DNA of 58,885 bases from an uncultured Burkholderiales bacterium (GCA_903865035.1 CAIPII010000131.1:1-58885); one strand, 5' to 3'; shown: positions 29,498 through 39,899, counted from the first letter of the stretch. A program made the numbers and translations. The notes: generated by a model from the letters alone, not told the origin.

Positions 29498-30928
29498 ATG
29501 AGTCAACATTTTGATGTCATCGTCATTGGAGGCGGCCCTGGTGGCTATATTGCCGCCATTCGCAGCGCTCAGTTGGGGCAAAAGACTGCCTGTATTGATG
29601 CTTGGTCCAACGAGCAAGGTGGCCCTGCATTGGGTGGGACTTGCACCAACGTGGGCTGCATCCCCTCCAAAGCATTGCTCCAGTCGTCTGAGCACTTTGA
29701 GCAAGCGGGTCACCACTTTGCAGAGCACGGCATTCAAATCAAAGGTTTGAGCTTGGACTTGCCCACTTTGCTCTCTCGAAAAGACCAAGTGGTCAAACAA
29801 AACAACGACGGGATTCAATACCTCTTTAAAAAGAACAAGGTCACGTTTTTTCACGGCAAGGGATCTTTTGACTCCAAAGTGGAGGGCGGATACGCCATCA
29901 AGGTGTCTTCAGAGAAGTCTCAAGAAGTCATCACTGCCAAGCACATCATCATCGCAACGGGCTCCAAGGCCAGAGCGCTGCCACAAGCTGCTTTTGATGA
30001 AGAGAATGTTCTCTCAAACGATGGTGCTTTGAGAATCAAGTCTGTGCCCAAGAAGTTGGTGTTGATTGGCTCAGGCGTCATCGGTTTGGAGATGGGCTCG
30101 GTTTGGAGACGTTTGGGCTCAGAGGTCACGATCCTAGAGGGCTTGCCCCAATTCTTGGGTGCAGTCGATGAGCAAATTGCAAAAGAAGCGCACAAGCTCT
30201 TCTTAAAGCAGGGTCTGAAAATTGAGCTGGGTGTGAAGGTGGGGGATGTCAAAGTGGGTGCTAAAAAAGTGAGCATCAACTACACCAACGCCAAAGGTGA
30301 AGCGCAAAGCATCGATGCCGATAAATTGATCGTCTCCATTGGTCGCATTCCCCAAACCGATGGTTTAGGTCTGGAGCATGTGGGCTTGGCTGTTGATGAG
30401 CGCGGAGCAATTGCAGTCAATGACGACTGTGCCACGGCCTTGCCCAATGTTTGGGCGATTGGTGATGTGGTGAGGGGGCCCATGCTCGCTCACAAGGCCG
30501 AAGAGGAGGGTGTGGCGGTCGCTGAGCGCATCGCTGGCCAACATGCACACGTGAACTTCAACACCGTGCCTTGGGTGATTTACACACATCCTGAGATTGC
30601 ATGGGTTGGTCAAACCGAGCAACAACTCAAGAGCAGTGGACGTGGCTACAAATCGGGTACGTTCCCATTTTTGGCCAATGGTCGTGCCAGAGCCTTGGGC
30701 GACACGACTGGGATGGTCAAGTTCTTGGCCGATGACAAGACCGATGAGATCTTGGGTGTTCACATCATCGGCCCCTCAGCCAGTGAATTGATTGCTGAGG
30801 CGGTGGTGGCCATGGAGTTCAGAGCCAGCAGCGAGGACATTGCTCGCATCTGTCACGCCCACCCTTCACTGAGCGAGGCCACCAAAGAGGCGGCGCTTGC
30901 TGTGGACAAGAGAACTTTGAACTTTTGA
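29498..30928 (+). CDS. lpdA: Dihydrolipoamide dehydrogenase (ODH E3)
   Basis: [19 protein letters not shown] and HAHPS; no lipoyl domain; ATG at 29498. Confidence 0.96.
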   Translation: MSQHFDVIVIGGGPGGYIAAIRSAQLGQKTACIDAWSNEQGGPALGGTCTNVGCIPSKALLQSSEHFEQAGHHFAEHGIQIKGLSLDLPTLLSRKDQVVKQNNDGIQYLFKKNKVTFFHGKGSFDSKVEGGYAIKVSSEKSQEVITAKHIIIATGSKARALPQAAFDEENVLSNDGALRIKSVPKKLVLIGSGVIGLEMGSVWRRLGSEVTILEGLPQFLGAVDEQIAKEAHKLFLKQGLKIELGVKVGDVKVGAKKVSINYTNAKGEAQSIDADKLIVSIGRIPQTDGLGLEHVGLAVDERGAIAVNDDCATALPNVWAIGDVVRGPMLAHKAEEEGVAVAERIAGQHAHVNFNTVPWVIYTHPEIAWVGQTEQQLKSSGRGYKSGTFPFLANGRARALGDTTGMVKFLADDKTDEILGVHIIGPSASELIAEAVVAMEFRASSEDIARICHAHPSLSEATKEAALAVDKRTLNF

Positions 30929-30964
30929 TGATTGACTTGACATTTTGATGCTGGGTTTTTGCTC

Positions 30965-32065
30965 ATGACTGCTGTGCTGGCTGCATATGAAAGGGAGCTT
31001 GCGACCCGAGGCTTTGCAAGCGATCCAGCTCAGCTCAAGGGCATTCACGCGCTTGAGCGTTGCGCGATGGAGTGGGATGCTTACGCTCGCACTCAACAAA
31101 AGTGGTGGTCCAGGGCCTTGAAGTCTCCCTCCATTCCCAAAGGGGTCTATCTCTATGGGGGGGTGGGAAGGGGAAAAAGCTTTTTGATGGATTGTTTTTT
31201 CAATTCCGTGCAAGTCAAAGGCAAGACTCGACTTCATTTCCATGAATTCATGCGCGAGGTGCACCATGAGCTCAATGCGCTTCAAGGGCAGGTCAATCCT
31301 TTGAGTGTGTTGGGTCGTCAAATGGCCAAACGCTATCAATTGATTTGTTTTGATGAATTTCACATCGCAGACATCACCGATGCAATGATCTTGCACAGGT
31401 TGTTGGTCGCTTTGTTCGAGAGTGGAGTGGGCTTTGTGACCACGTCCAATTTCAGGCCCGATGATTTGTATCCTGATGGCTTGCACCGAGACCGGTTGTT
31501 GCCTGCCATTGATCTTTTGAATGCGCAGCTTGAGGTGATCAACGTTGACAATGGGGTGGACTATCGTCGCCAAACCCTGGAGCAAGTGGATCTGTACCTG
31601 AGTCCTTGTGATGCCCGCTCTCATGAGGCCATGACCTCTACATTCAATAAATTGAGCACTCACGAGCCCGAGTCCACTGTGCTCGACATTGAGGCCAGAC
31701 AAATTCAAGCCTTGAGGCGAGAAGGGGATTTGGTGTGGTTTGACTTTAAAGCTTTGTGCGATGGTCCTCGATCTCAAAACGACTATTTGGAGATTGCCAA
31801 TCGATTTGACACGGTCTTTTTGAGCAATGTTCCCCAGATGTCCGCTAACATGGCCTCACAAGCCAGGCGCTTTACGTGGTTGGTGGATGTTTTGTATGAT
31901 CGACGCATCAAACTGGTCATCAGTGCCCAGGTTCCCGCTCAAGATCTCTACCTCGAAGGCCCTTTATCCCATGAATTCCCAAGAACCGTTTCTCGCTTGC
32001 GTGAAATGCAATCCAGTGAATTCTTGGCGCTTGAGAAAAGGGTGGTGGATACCGCCATTGTCTAG
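30965..32065 (+). CDS. zapE: Cell division ATPase ZapE (AFG1 family)
   Basis: Walker A GGVGRGKS, HFHEFM, CFDEF, TTSN, DYR and RTVSRL. Confidence 0.93.
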   Translation: MTAVLAAYERELATRGFASDPAQLKGIHALERCAMEWDAYARTQQKWWSRALKSPSIPKGVYLYGGVGRGKSFLMDCFFNSVQVKGKTRLHFHEFMREVHHELNALQGQVNPLSVLGRQMAKRYQLICFDEFHIADITDAMILHRLLVALFESGVGFVTTSNFRPDDLYPDGLHRDRLLPAIDLLNAQLEVINVDNGVDYRRQTLEQVDLYLSPCDARSHEAMTSTFNKLSTHEPESTVLDIEARQIQALRREGDLVWFDFKALCDGPRSQNDYLEIANRFDTVFLSNVPQMSANMASQARRFTWLVDVLYDRRIKLVISAQVPAQDLYLEGPLSHEFPRTVSRLREMQSSEFLALEKRVVDTAIV

Positions 32066-32141
32066 CCTAAAAGGGGTTTTTCTCCTCTTGTCTCTTGAGC
32101 CAAAGTCTGAAGGCTTCAGGGCTCCTCAGTTCTTGTGGCCC

Positions 32142-32897
32142 ATGCGTGTGGTTTTGAGTGTGTTCATTTGCGCATTGCAACCCACATCGAGCGCTCAAGC
32201 CGAGCTCCCCCTAGAGCCTGCACAAACCCTAAGCCAATCCGATTCGGTCTCTGCGAGCGAGTCTCTGGATGCTCCTTTACGGCGAGCGGCTGAGAAAGAC
32301 TCTACGCTTGAGCGACTCTCCATTGAGAGGCGAGACAACGAAGCGCTTCAAAACTCAGTGATGGCCAAGTTTGAGTCGGACATCAAAGCTTGCGAGAGCA
32401 AATTCACAGTGACCGATTGCAAGCTGGATGTGATGGCAAGAAAGAATGCACAAATGCGCGAGCTCAAGCAAGTGGAGCACGCAATCAAAGTTCAAGAGCG
32501 TGCCATCAAAGCGGCTGATAAAAAAGAGACCCTTCAAAACAAACAAAGCCCTTTGGAGCTTCAAAAAAAAGAGACTCAAGCCAAAGAGCATGAAAAAGCG
32601 TTTGATCAGCACATGCTCGAGCACGAAAAAGCGCTTCAATCACACGACGCCAAGCGAGCTGGCACCGAGTTGACACCCATGGCGGAGGACGATTTGAGTT
32701 CTCAGCAATATCTCAAGGCCCCACATGCTGGCAAAAGCCTTGAGGCACAAACTCAAGCCCAAGCGGCGTATGAGAAAAAACAAAACGAAGCCAAAGAGCA
32801 TGAGGCTGCGGTGAAAAGGAAGCTGGCAGAAAAAACCAATCCCGCAGCTGCTTTGCCAGATCCAACGATTGGGAACAATCGAAAGGCTTTGCCTTGA
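32142..32897 (+). CDS. Exported coiled-coil hypothetical protein
   Basis: Signal-like N-terminus, K/E/Q/A-rich helix, C-x3-F-x-V-x-DC Cys pair. Stop overlaps the TTG start of the DinG gene. Start uncertain. Confidence 0.7.
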   Translation: MRVVLSVFICALQPTSSAQAELPLEPAQTLSQSDSVSASESLDAPLRRAAEKDSTLERLSIERRDNEALQNSVMAKFESDIKACESKFTVTDCKLDVMARKNAQMRELKQVEHAIKVQERAIKAADKKETLQNKQSPLELQKKETQAKEHEKAFDQHMLEHEKALQSHDAKRAGTELTPMAEDDLSSQQYLKAPHAGKSLEAQTQAQAAYEKKQNEAKEHEAAVKRKLAEKTNPAAALPDPTIGNNRKALP

Positions 32898-35047
32898 ATG
32901 CGCCAATGAACTCGGGTGCCCTTGAGGCTCGAGTGGGTCAAATGTTTGCTCATGATGGCCCCTTGTCCAAAGTGGATCCTCACTTTCGCCCGCGCGAGGG
33001 TCAGACCAGCATGGCCCAAGCCGTTGCATCCACCATCTCTCACGGCGGTGCATTGGTGGTTGAGGCGGGCACGGGTGTGGGAAAAACATTCGCTTATCTG
33101 GTGCCTGCACTCTTGAGTGGGGAGAAGGTGGTGATCTCCACCGCCACCAAAACGCTTCAAGATCAGCTCTTTGGTCGGGATTTGCCCGCTCTCATCAAGG
33201 CTTTGAATTTGCCCACTCAAATGGCGCTCCTCAAGGGGAGGGCCAATTACGTTTGTTTGTATCGACTGGCCCAGTCCAGGCAAGAGGGCTTGTTTCCTGA
33301 TCGTTATGTGGTGAACCTCTTGGCCAAAGTTGAACGCTGGTCGCTCACCACCCGAACTGGGGACTTGAGTGAGCTTGAGGCCTTGGACGAGAGGTCTCCA
33401 CTCATGCCCATGATCACCTCAACCCGGGACAATTGTTTGGGCAGTGAGTGCCCACAGTACAAGTCTTGTCACGTGGCTTTGGCCAGGCGAGAGGCTTTGG
33501 CCGCCGATGTGGTCGTGATCAATCACCATTTGTTTTTTGCCGATTTGTCCATGAAAGAAACGGGCATGGCTGAGCTCTTGCCCAATGCGCAGGTCTTGAT
33601 CTTCGATGAGGCACACCAACTCAACGAAATTGGGATCAATTTTTTAGGTGAACAGTTGAGCTCCTATCAATTGATGGAGTTGGCCACAGACTTGTTGGCG
33701 CTCGGTGTGAGCTCGGGCAAGGGGCTCGGTGAGTGGCAGACCTTGTCCTCCAAGTTGGAGTTGGCGAGCAAAACGCTCAAGGCCACGTTTTCTGCACTTG
33801 ATCGAGGTCAAAAGTTGGGCTGGGGTGAGAGCGCTCCAGAGGGGCTTGAAGTGGAGGAATGGAATCAAGCCCTGGCGCAAATTGAGGAAGTGCTCACATT
33901 GGCCCAAGAGGCGATTGAGCCCTTGAGTGAGAGTGCGCCCGAGTGGATGAGGTTGCTCGAGAGGTTTGAGTCTGCGATTGTGCTCACGCACGTCTTTGCT
34001 CAAGCCACCAAGGAGGGTTGTGTGCGGTGGGTTGAGTTGGGCGGGAGTGTGAGGCTGGTGCAAGCCCCGCTTGAGATCGCACACATTTTGGAGCCACGCA
34101 TCAAGGGGCAAGCCAGTTTGTCCTCCAACGAGTTGATCGCTGGCGTTGAGCTCAACCGCCCCCAAAGCGAAAGCGAAGAACCAGTGGGTGAAGTCACGAG
34201 TGACTCGCCTTTAACCCATGAGAGCCAAGATGGCTCGAGTTTGTCGAACGCATTTCCCATCAAGAGTTGGATTTTCACCTCGGCCACTTTGGGCCATGAC
34301 GCGAGCCTATCTTGGTTCACACAGCCTTGTGGGCTCGAGAGTGCTCAAGTCTTGCAAGTCAAGAGTCCATTTGACTACCCCAAACAAGCCGTGCTCTTTG
34401 TGCCCAAGGGCATGGTCTTGCCCAGTCACGCAGATCATGGCAAAGAGGTGAGTGAACTGGCCCAAAAGATCACTCGCGTTTTGCGTGGCCGAACACTCGT
34501 GCTCACCACCACCTTGCGTGCCTTAAAGGACATCAGCGAGAGGCTTAAAACGCTCTTGAAGGATGATCCCCAAATTGAAGTCTTGGCGCAAGGTGAGGGC
34601 TCCAAAACGGAGTTGATGCAACGCTTCAGATCGGCCTCTCAAGGGGTTGATGAAAAGGCCTACGTCTTGGTGGCATCGGCCTCCTTTTGGGAGGGGTTTG
34701 ATGTGCCAGGTGATGCATTACAAGCCGTCATCATCGACAAATTGCCTTTTCCCCCACCCAATGATCCGATGGTTCAAGCCAAATCCAAGAGGCTGGAGTC
34801 TTTGGGTAAAAGTCCCTTCAATCACTACTTTTTGGCCGAAGCGGCAGTGTCCTTAAAGCAAGGCGCGGGAAGACTCATCCGGCGTGAAAGCGACAAAGGG
34901 GTGTTGGTGGTTTGTGACACCCGGCTCTCGGGCACGGGTTACGGTAAAAGACTCATGGCCGCATTGCCTCCCATGGCCAAAGCCTCAAGTGAAGAGGCTT
35001 TGCTCGCGGGGCTCTCTCGTCTTACCAAGGCCTCCACCAAGGCTTGA
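32894..35047 (+). CDS. DinG/YoaA-family Fe-S ATP-dependent DNA helicase
   Basis: EAGTGVGKT, four Fe-S Cys (NYVC; CLGSECPQYKSC), DEAH, TSATL, EGFD and QGAGRLIR. Confidence 0.93.
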   Translation: MNAPMNSGALEARVGQMFAHDGPLSKVDPHFRPREGQTSMAQAVASTISHGGALVVEAGTGVGKTFAYLVPALLSGEKVVISTATKTLQDQLFGRDLPALIKALNLPTQMALLKGRANYVCLYRLAQSRQEGLFPDRYVVNLLAKVERWSLTTRTGDLSELEALDERSPLMPMITSTRDNCLGSECPQYKSCHVALARREALAADVVVINHHLFFADLSMKETGMAELLPNAQVLIFDEAHQLNEIGINFLGEQLSSYQLMELATDLLALGVSSGKGLGEWQTLSSKLELASKTLKATFSALDRGQKLGWGESAPEGLEVEEWNQALAQIEEVLTLAQEAIEPLSESAPEWMRLLERFESAIVLTHVFAQATKEGCVRWVELGGSVRLVQAPLEIAHILEPRIKGQASLSSNELIAGVELNRPQSESEEPVGEVTSDSPLTHESQDGSSLSNAFPIKSWIFTSATLGHDASLSWFTQPCGLESAQVLQVKSPFDYPKQAVLFVPKGMVLPSHADHGKEVSELAQKITRVLRGRTLVLTTTLRALKDISERLKTLLKDDPQIEVLAQGEGSKTELMQRFRSASQGVDEKAYVLVASASFWEGFDVPGDALQAVIIDKLPFPPPNDPMVQAKSKRLESLGKSPFNHYFLAEAAVSLKQGAGRLIRRESDKGVLVVCDTRLSGTGYGKRLMAALPPMAKASSEEALLAGLSRLTKASTKA

Positions 35048-35834
35048 CCTTGGCGTTCACGCCCACGGGTTGTTCGTAGGTATCGGGAAAGGACTTGACC
35101 AAGATGCGTTGCGTGTCCTCTTTGAGCTCGGTGAGTCGCAAGTGATCGTAAGAGTCACGCAATATGATCAAGGCCTCACGAATGGCGGGTACACCGCGGT
35201 ATTCATTGATCGCCGCTTGAGCGCGGTTGATGGCTGCGATGTAGGCCCCTTTTTTGTAATAAAACTGGGCCACATTCACCTCAGACTGGGCCAACACATT
35301 CACGATGTAGCGCATTCTGAGCTTGGCATCCTCTGCGTAGTTTGAGTTGGGAAAGCGTGTCACCAACTCTTTGAAAGACTCAAAGGACTCTTTCGCTGCT
35401 TTTTGGTCTCGCTCGGACAAGTCCTCTTGAATGAAGGAGGAGAGAAAGCCCAAGTCATCGTTGAAGTTGGCGACACCTTTCAAGTAAATCGCGTAATCAA
35501 TGGCAGGAGAGGCGGGATTGATTTTGATGAAGCGATTCAAGGTGGCGATGGCCGTGGTTGCTTCACCGCTCTTGAGTTGGGCATACGCCTTGTCAAGTTG
35601 TGCTTGTTGAGCGAGCACGGTGCCAGCAGCCCGGCCTTCCAATTTTTCGTATAGACCAATGGCTTTGTCGTAAATTTTGTTGTTCAAGTTGTCCTTGGCC
35701 TCGGCGTAAATGCGCTCGGGAGACCAATCAACCGTTTCATCGTAGTCACTGCTTGAGCAGCCTGAGACAAGCGCCGTGAAGAGGACCGACAACAAAAGGT
35801 TTAAGACAAGTGATAATGGAGAGAGTCGAATCAC
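35022..35834 (-). CDS. bamD: Outer membrane protein assembly lipoprotein BamD
   Basis: Lipobox VSGC, TPR helices, ERDQKAAKESF and AAINRAQ. GTG start at 35834. Divergent from rluD, the usual arrangement. Confidence 0.93.
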   Translation of the reverse strand: MIRLSPLSLVLNLLLSVLFTALVSGCSSSDYDETVDWSPERIYAEAKDNLNNKIYDKAIGLYEKLEGRAAGTVLAQQAQLDKAYAQLKSGEATTAIATLNRFIKINPASPAIDYAIYLKGVANFNDDLGFLSSFIQEDLSERDQKAAKESFESFKELVTRFPNSNYAEDAKLRMRYIVNVLAQSEVNVAQFYYKKGAYIAAINRAQAAINEYRGVPAIREALIILRDSYDHLRLTELKEDTQRILVKSFPDTYEQPVGVNAKVKPWWRPW

Positions 35835-35883
35835 ACAACACCTTTTTTTAAAATTCAAATGATCACCTCCTACATTATCCGCC

Positions 35884-36963
35884 ATGACGCATGACAAGCT
35901 GAGCATAATTGAGCCAGAAGCAGAAGATTTTTTCGATCCCGCCTTGCAAATGAACCCAAATGAGGGTGAAGAGGTGAGAGAGATGGAGATCGGCACACCA
36001 TTGCATGGCAAGCGACTGGACATGGCTTTGAGTGAATTGTTGCCCGAATTCACCAGAAGTTACCTGCAGCGACTGCTCTTGGATGGTCAAATTCAGGTCC
36101 TGCCCACGCAAAGTTTGTTTGCCTCTGAGGCCCCCGACGCCGAGAAAGTCTACAAACCATCTTCCAAGGTGAGGGCGGGCATGAGGGTGAAGGTTGAACT
36201 CAAGCCAACAGAGCAAAGTCTGGCTTTTGTGCCTCAAGACATCCCTCTTGAAGTGCTGTTTGAGGACGAGCATTTGCGGGTGATCAACAAGCCCGCTGGT
36301 TTGGTTGTTCATCCCGCCCCAGGCAACTGGTCGGGCACCATGCTCAATGGACTCTTGCACATGGACCCTCAGGCCAAGTTCGTTCCCAGGGCTGGCATTG
36401 TTCACCGCTTGGACAAAGACACAAGCGGCTTGATGGTGGTGGCCAAAAGCCGCGAGTGCATGGACAAATTGGTTCAAATGATTGCCCAAAGGCAGGTTCA
36501 CCGTGAGTACCTGGCCTTGGTCCAAGGGGCCTGTCCCGTTGGCAAACGCATGGAGGTCTACCAAGCCATTGGGAGAGACCCCAGAAACCGCCTCAGAATG
36601 GCTGTGGTGGATTTGGCAACCCAATCCGGCAAGAGCGCTCACACGTCATGCTTGAGTTTGGCCAATCACGACCAACATGCGCTCATTTATTGTCAACTGC
36701 ACACGGGTCGAACACACCAAATCAGGGTGCATTTGGCCTGGCAGGGATTTCCTTTGGTGGGCGATACCCTCTATGGGGGGCGTGCCATAGCGTCATTGTC
36801 CAGGCAAGCCTTGCATGCCTTTCGCTTGAGCTTGGATCACCCCTTCACAGGACAGCACATGTCTTGGAGTGCACCTTGGCCTCATGATTTGCAATTGGCT
36901 AGCCAAGAGCTGGGACTCAGTTACAATTTGAAGAATATTCCTGTGGACATGATTTTGGATTGA
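35884..36963 (+). CDS. rluD: 23S rRNA pseudouridine synthase RluD
   Basis: S4-like RLD...SYLQ, NKPAGLVVHP, GIVHRLDKDTSG and TGRTHQIRVH. Confidence 0.92.
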   Translation: MTHDKLSIIEPEAEDFFDPALQMNPNEGEEVREMEIGTPLHGKRLDMALSELLPEFTRSYLQRLLLDGQIQVLPTQSLFASEAPDAEKVYKPSSKVRAGMRVKVELKPTEQSLAFVPQDIPLEVLFEDEHLRVINKPAGLVVHPAPGNWSGTMLNGLLHMDPQAKFVPRAGIVHRLDKDTSGLMVVAKSRECMDKLVQMIAQRQVHREYLALVQGACPVGKRMEVYQAIGRDPRNRLRMAVVDLATQSGKSAHTSCLSLANHDQHALIYCQLHTGRTHQIRVHLAWQGFPLVGDTLYGGRAIASLSRQALHAFRLSLDHPFTGQHMSWSAPWPHDLQLASQELGLSYNLKNIPVDMILD

Positions 36964-37190
36964 CACAGGGGCTTTATTCGCTGTCCACTTGGCTTGTTCA
37001 TTGTGCGTTGCAGCAAGTTGTCGTGCTCAAATGCATGTTTTGCTTTGAGGGGCACAATGCCAAATGTTTGGGGCTTTGATTGAATTGCACCCAAGTTGGG
37101 CTCAATGTTTTGGGTCCGTTTCATGGGCAATGATCTCAGTCCAGCCTCATCGCCATAGGGCGCTAGGCATTTATTCTTGGAGTTTTTTTC

Positions 37191-37967
37191 ATGTTGACCT
37201 CGCAGGCCCAAAGCATCCTCGAGACCGCGCTGATTTGTTCTGTGCAGCCTTTGTCTGTCAGGGACATGAGGGTGCTTTTTGCGGATGAGGTTTCTCCAGA
37301 CACGATCAAGACGCTGTTGCAAAACATTCAGCAAGAGTGCACCTTCAAAGGCATTGAGCTCGTTGAGGTGGCACATGGTTGGAGATTTCAAAGTCGCCCC
37401 TCGATGCGGTACTTTTTGGACCGTTTGCATCCAGAAAAACCACCCAAATACAGTCGTGCTGTTCTTGAGACTTTGGCCATCATTGCCCACCGCCAGCCCG
37501 TCACCCGAGGGGAGATGGAGGACATTCGTGGTGTCACGATCAACTCTTTGGTGATCAAACAACTCGAGGACCGTGGTTGGGTGGAGGTGATCGGCCACAA
37601 AGAAGCGGTGGGTCGACCAGCACTCTTTGCCACCACAAAGCAGTTTTTAGACGATTTGGGGTTGTCCTCCATTGAGCAACTTCGACAAGAGCCCTTGTCT
37701 GAGCAAGCTCAGGCCAGCTTTGCCCAATTCGAGTCCACCCTCGCTGGCGAGGAGGTGACTTCCTTGCAGCACGTGGACGTGTTCACCCAAGAGCTTCCCT
37801 TTCCCTTGAGTGGCTCTGAGGAGCAGAATTCCTCTTTTGAAGCGGCTCATGAGGGGGGTGACGCGACAACAACCCAAGCTCATGAAGCTGCCGAATCTGA
37901 TCAAGCTCACTCAGGCACTTTTCCTGACACCACCCAAACAGACCCCAATCATGGGGCCCATGAATGA
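37191..37967 (+). CDS. scpB: SMC-Scp complex subunit ScpB
   Basis: [21 protein letters not shown] and [18 protein letters not shown]; acidic C-terminal tail. Confidence 0.94.
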   Translation: MLTSQAQSILETALICSVQPLSVRDMRVLFADEVSPDTIKTLLQNIQQECTFKGIELVEVAHGWRFQSRPSMRYFLDRLHPEKPPKYSRAVLETLAIIAHRQPVTRGEMEDIRGVTINSLVIKQLEDRGWVEVIGHKEAVGRPALFATTKQFLDDLGLSSIEQLRQEPLSEQAQASFAQFESTLAGEEVTSLQHVDVFTQELPFPLSGSEEQNSSFEAAHEGGDATTTQAHEAAESDQAHSGTFPDTTQTDPNHGAHE

Positions 37968-39238
37968 ATCAAGCCAATACTCCCGCCACTCCACCCCAAA
38001 CGCAAGATGGGGGAGTTGATTCAGATCTTGGACACTTGAGTCAATCGGATGTCCACCCCGAAGACGCGCAGCTGCAAGCCGCCGATGTTGAGTTGGACAG
38101 TCCGATTCGCTTTGAGGATGTGGTTTCTGGTGAATTTGACGAGTCATTGCAATCTTCTGCAAGCGGTCATGAAATCCCCAACAAGCGGGTTCTGCCGCCT
38201 CAGGCCGAGTCTCCAAAGCTGCACAAAGTGTTGGCTCAGGCTGGCTTGGGATCCCGCCTTGAGATGGAGAGGTTGATCGTTCAGGGTCGCATTTTGGTCA
38301 ACAATGAACCCGCGCACGTGGGCCAAAGGATTCAATACGGAGATCAAGTTCGCGTCAATGGCAAAGCCATTCACGTTCGCATCTCCCCTCCAGCAGCCAG
38401 AGTCATCGCTTATCACAAGCCTGCGGGTGAGGTGGTCACTCACGATGACCCACAAAACCGACCCACCGTTTTTAGAAAATTGCCAAGACTCCACCAAGGC
38501 AAGTGGCAGTCCGTGGGTCGCTTGGATTTGAACACCGAGGGCTTGTTGCTCCTCACCAGCTCTGGCGAATTGGCCAATCAACTCATGCACCCTCGCTTTG
38601 GTCTGGAGCGGGAGTATGCGGTGAGGGTTTTGGGTGCTTTGTCCAATGAGGAAAAAGCCAAATTGCTTGAAGGCGTCAATCTTGATGATGGACCTGCTCA
38701 CTTCTCTACATTGGAGAATGGTGGAGGCGAGGGCTCCAATTGTTGGTACCGAGTCACGATCAGTGAGGGAAGAAACCGAGAGGTGAGAAGGATGTTTGAA
38801 GCGGTGGGTCACGCGGTGAGCCGCTTGATTCGAATTCGCTACGGCATGATGGTGCTGCCCAGAGGACTCAAGCGTGGCGCTTTCATGGAGCTTGAAGAGC
38901 GCGACATCAGAGACTTGATGCAAGCTGCGGGCATGCATGATGCTTACCAAGGCGCAGCGGTTGGAGCCGCCAAGGCTCCCAGGGTCAACCGCGCAAGACC
39001 AGGACAAAAGGGCGCTGGTCCTAGACCTTCAACCCCCCGAATTGCTCAGCCCGCAACGCCCCCAGGCAGAGGCCCTGCAAGGGCTCGCCCTTTGGTGGGC
39101 AAGCGCGCTCCTACCCCACAAGCTGAGCCCGCACCCCAGGGCTTCATCGGAGCGGAGAGTTTCACCCGTCAAAAAGAGGACAAAGCCGCTGCGCCCAAGA
39201 GGCCTTTAAGGGGCAATATCAAACGCGGGAATCGCTAA
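37964..39238 (+). CDS. rluB: 23S rRNA pseudouridine synthase RluB
   Basis: [26 protein letters not shown] and [11 protein letters not shown]; low-complexity termini. Confidence 0.92.
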   Translation: MNQANTPATPPQTQDGGVDSDLGHLSQSDVHPEDAQLQAADVELDSPIRFEDVVSGEFDESLQSSASGHEIPNKRVLPPQAESPKLHKVLAQAGLGSRLEMERLIVQGRILVNNEPAHVGQRIQYGDQVRVNGKAIHVRISPPAARVIAYHKPAGEVVTHDDPQNRPTVFRKLPRLHQGKWQSVGRLDLNTEGLLLLTSSGELANQLMHPRFGLEREYAVRVLGALSNEEKAKLLEGVNLDDGPAHFSTLENGGGEGSNCWYRVTISEGRNREVRRMFEAVGHAVSRLIRIRYGMMVLPRGLKRGAFMELEERDIRDLMQAAGMHDAYQGAAVGAAKAPRVNRARPGQKGAGPRPSTPRIAQPATPPGRGPARARPLVGKRAPTPQAEPAPQGFIGAESFTRQKEDKAAAPKRPLRGNIKRGNR

Positions 39239-39356
39239 AAGTCATGATAAGTGGTTAAAATAGCGGGCTGTACTGAAAACAGGCCCGCACAAGGGGAATG
39301 ACTCCCCTTGGTCGACTGTTTTTTGAGATCAACCTTTGAATTAAAGAAACCAGAAC

Positions 39357-39782
39357 ATGTCAAAAGAACGCACCCTCTCGATCATCAAGCCCGATGCTGT
39401 TGCAAAAAACGTCATTGGTCAAATTTATGCCCGTTTTGAAGCTGCTGGCCTCAAAGTGGTGGCCGCTCGCATGGCTCACCTCTCAAGAGGCGAGGCTGAG
39501 GCTTTTTATGCAGTGCACAAAGAGCGTCCTTTCTTCAAAGATTTGGTGGACTTCATGGTCTCTGGTCCTGTGATGATTCAGTGCTTGGAGGGTGAGAACG
39601 CGATTGCCAAAAATCGTGATTTGATGGGCGCCACCGACCCCAAGAAAGCCGCTGCCGGCACCATTCGTGCTGACTTTGCCGACAGCATTGACGCCAACGC
39701 TGTTCACGGCTCCGATGCCCCTGAGACTGCGGCTCACGAGATTGCGTTTTTCTTTGCAGGAATGAACGTTTACGGTCACTGA
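39357..39782 (+). CDS. ndk: Nucleoside diphosphate kinase
   Basis: IIKPDAV, GTIRADF and NAVHGSD. Confidence 0.98.
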   Translation: MSKERTLSIIKPDAVAKNVIGQIYARFEAAGLKVVAARMAHLSRGEAEAFYAVHKERPFFKDLVDFMVSGPVMIQCLEGENAIAKNRDLMGATDPKKAAAGTIRADFADSIDANAVHGSDAPETAAHEIAFFFAGMNVYGH

Positions 39783-39899
39783 TCGACCATTTTGACTCCT
39801 CTTGCCAGCGGTGTGTTGTTTTGCCCGCTTGCAAGGAGAGTTTTGAAACGCTTTGAGGTCCGATCATTCGGACCTTTTTTCCATTGAATAGGTGCTGGG

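Noticed and set aside
31827-32141. Long N-terminal extension of the hypothetical gene overlapping zapE (possible frameshift fusion)
   Set aside because: ZapE is complete with its own stop, and the signal-like sequence starts near 32142. No slippery site was identified.
37191-37967. scpB without adjacent scpA
   Set aside because: Separation of scpA and scpB is common in Burkholderiales and is not evidence of loss.
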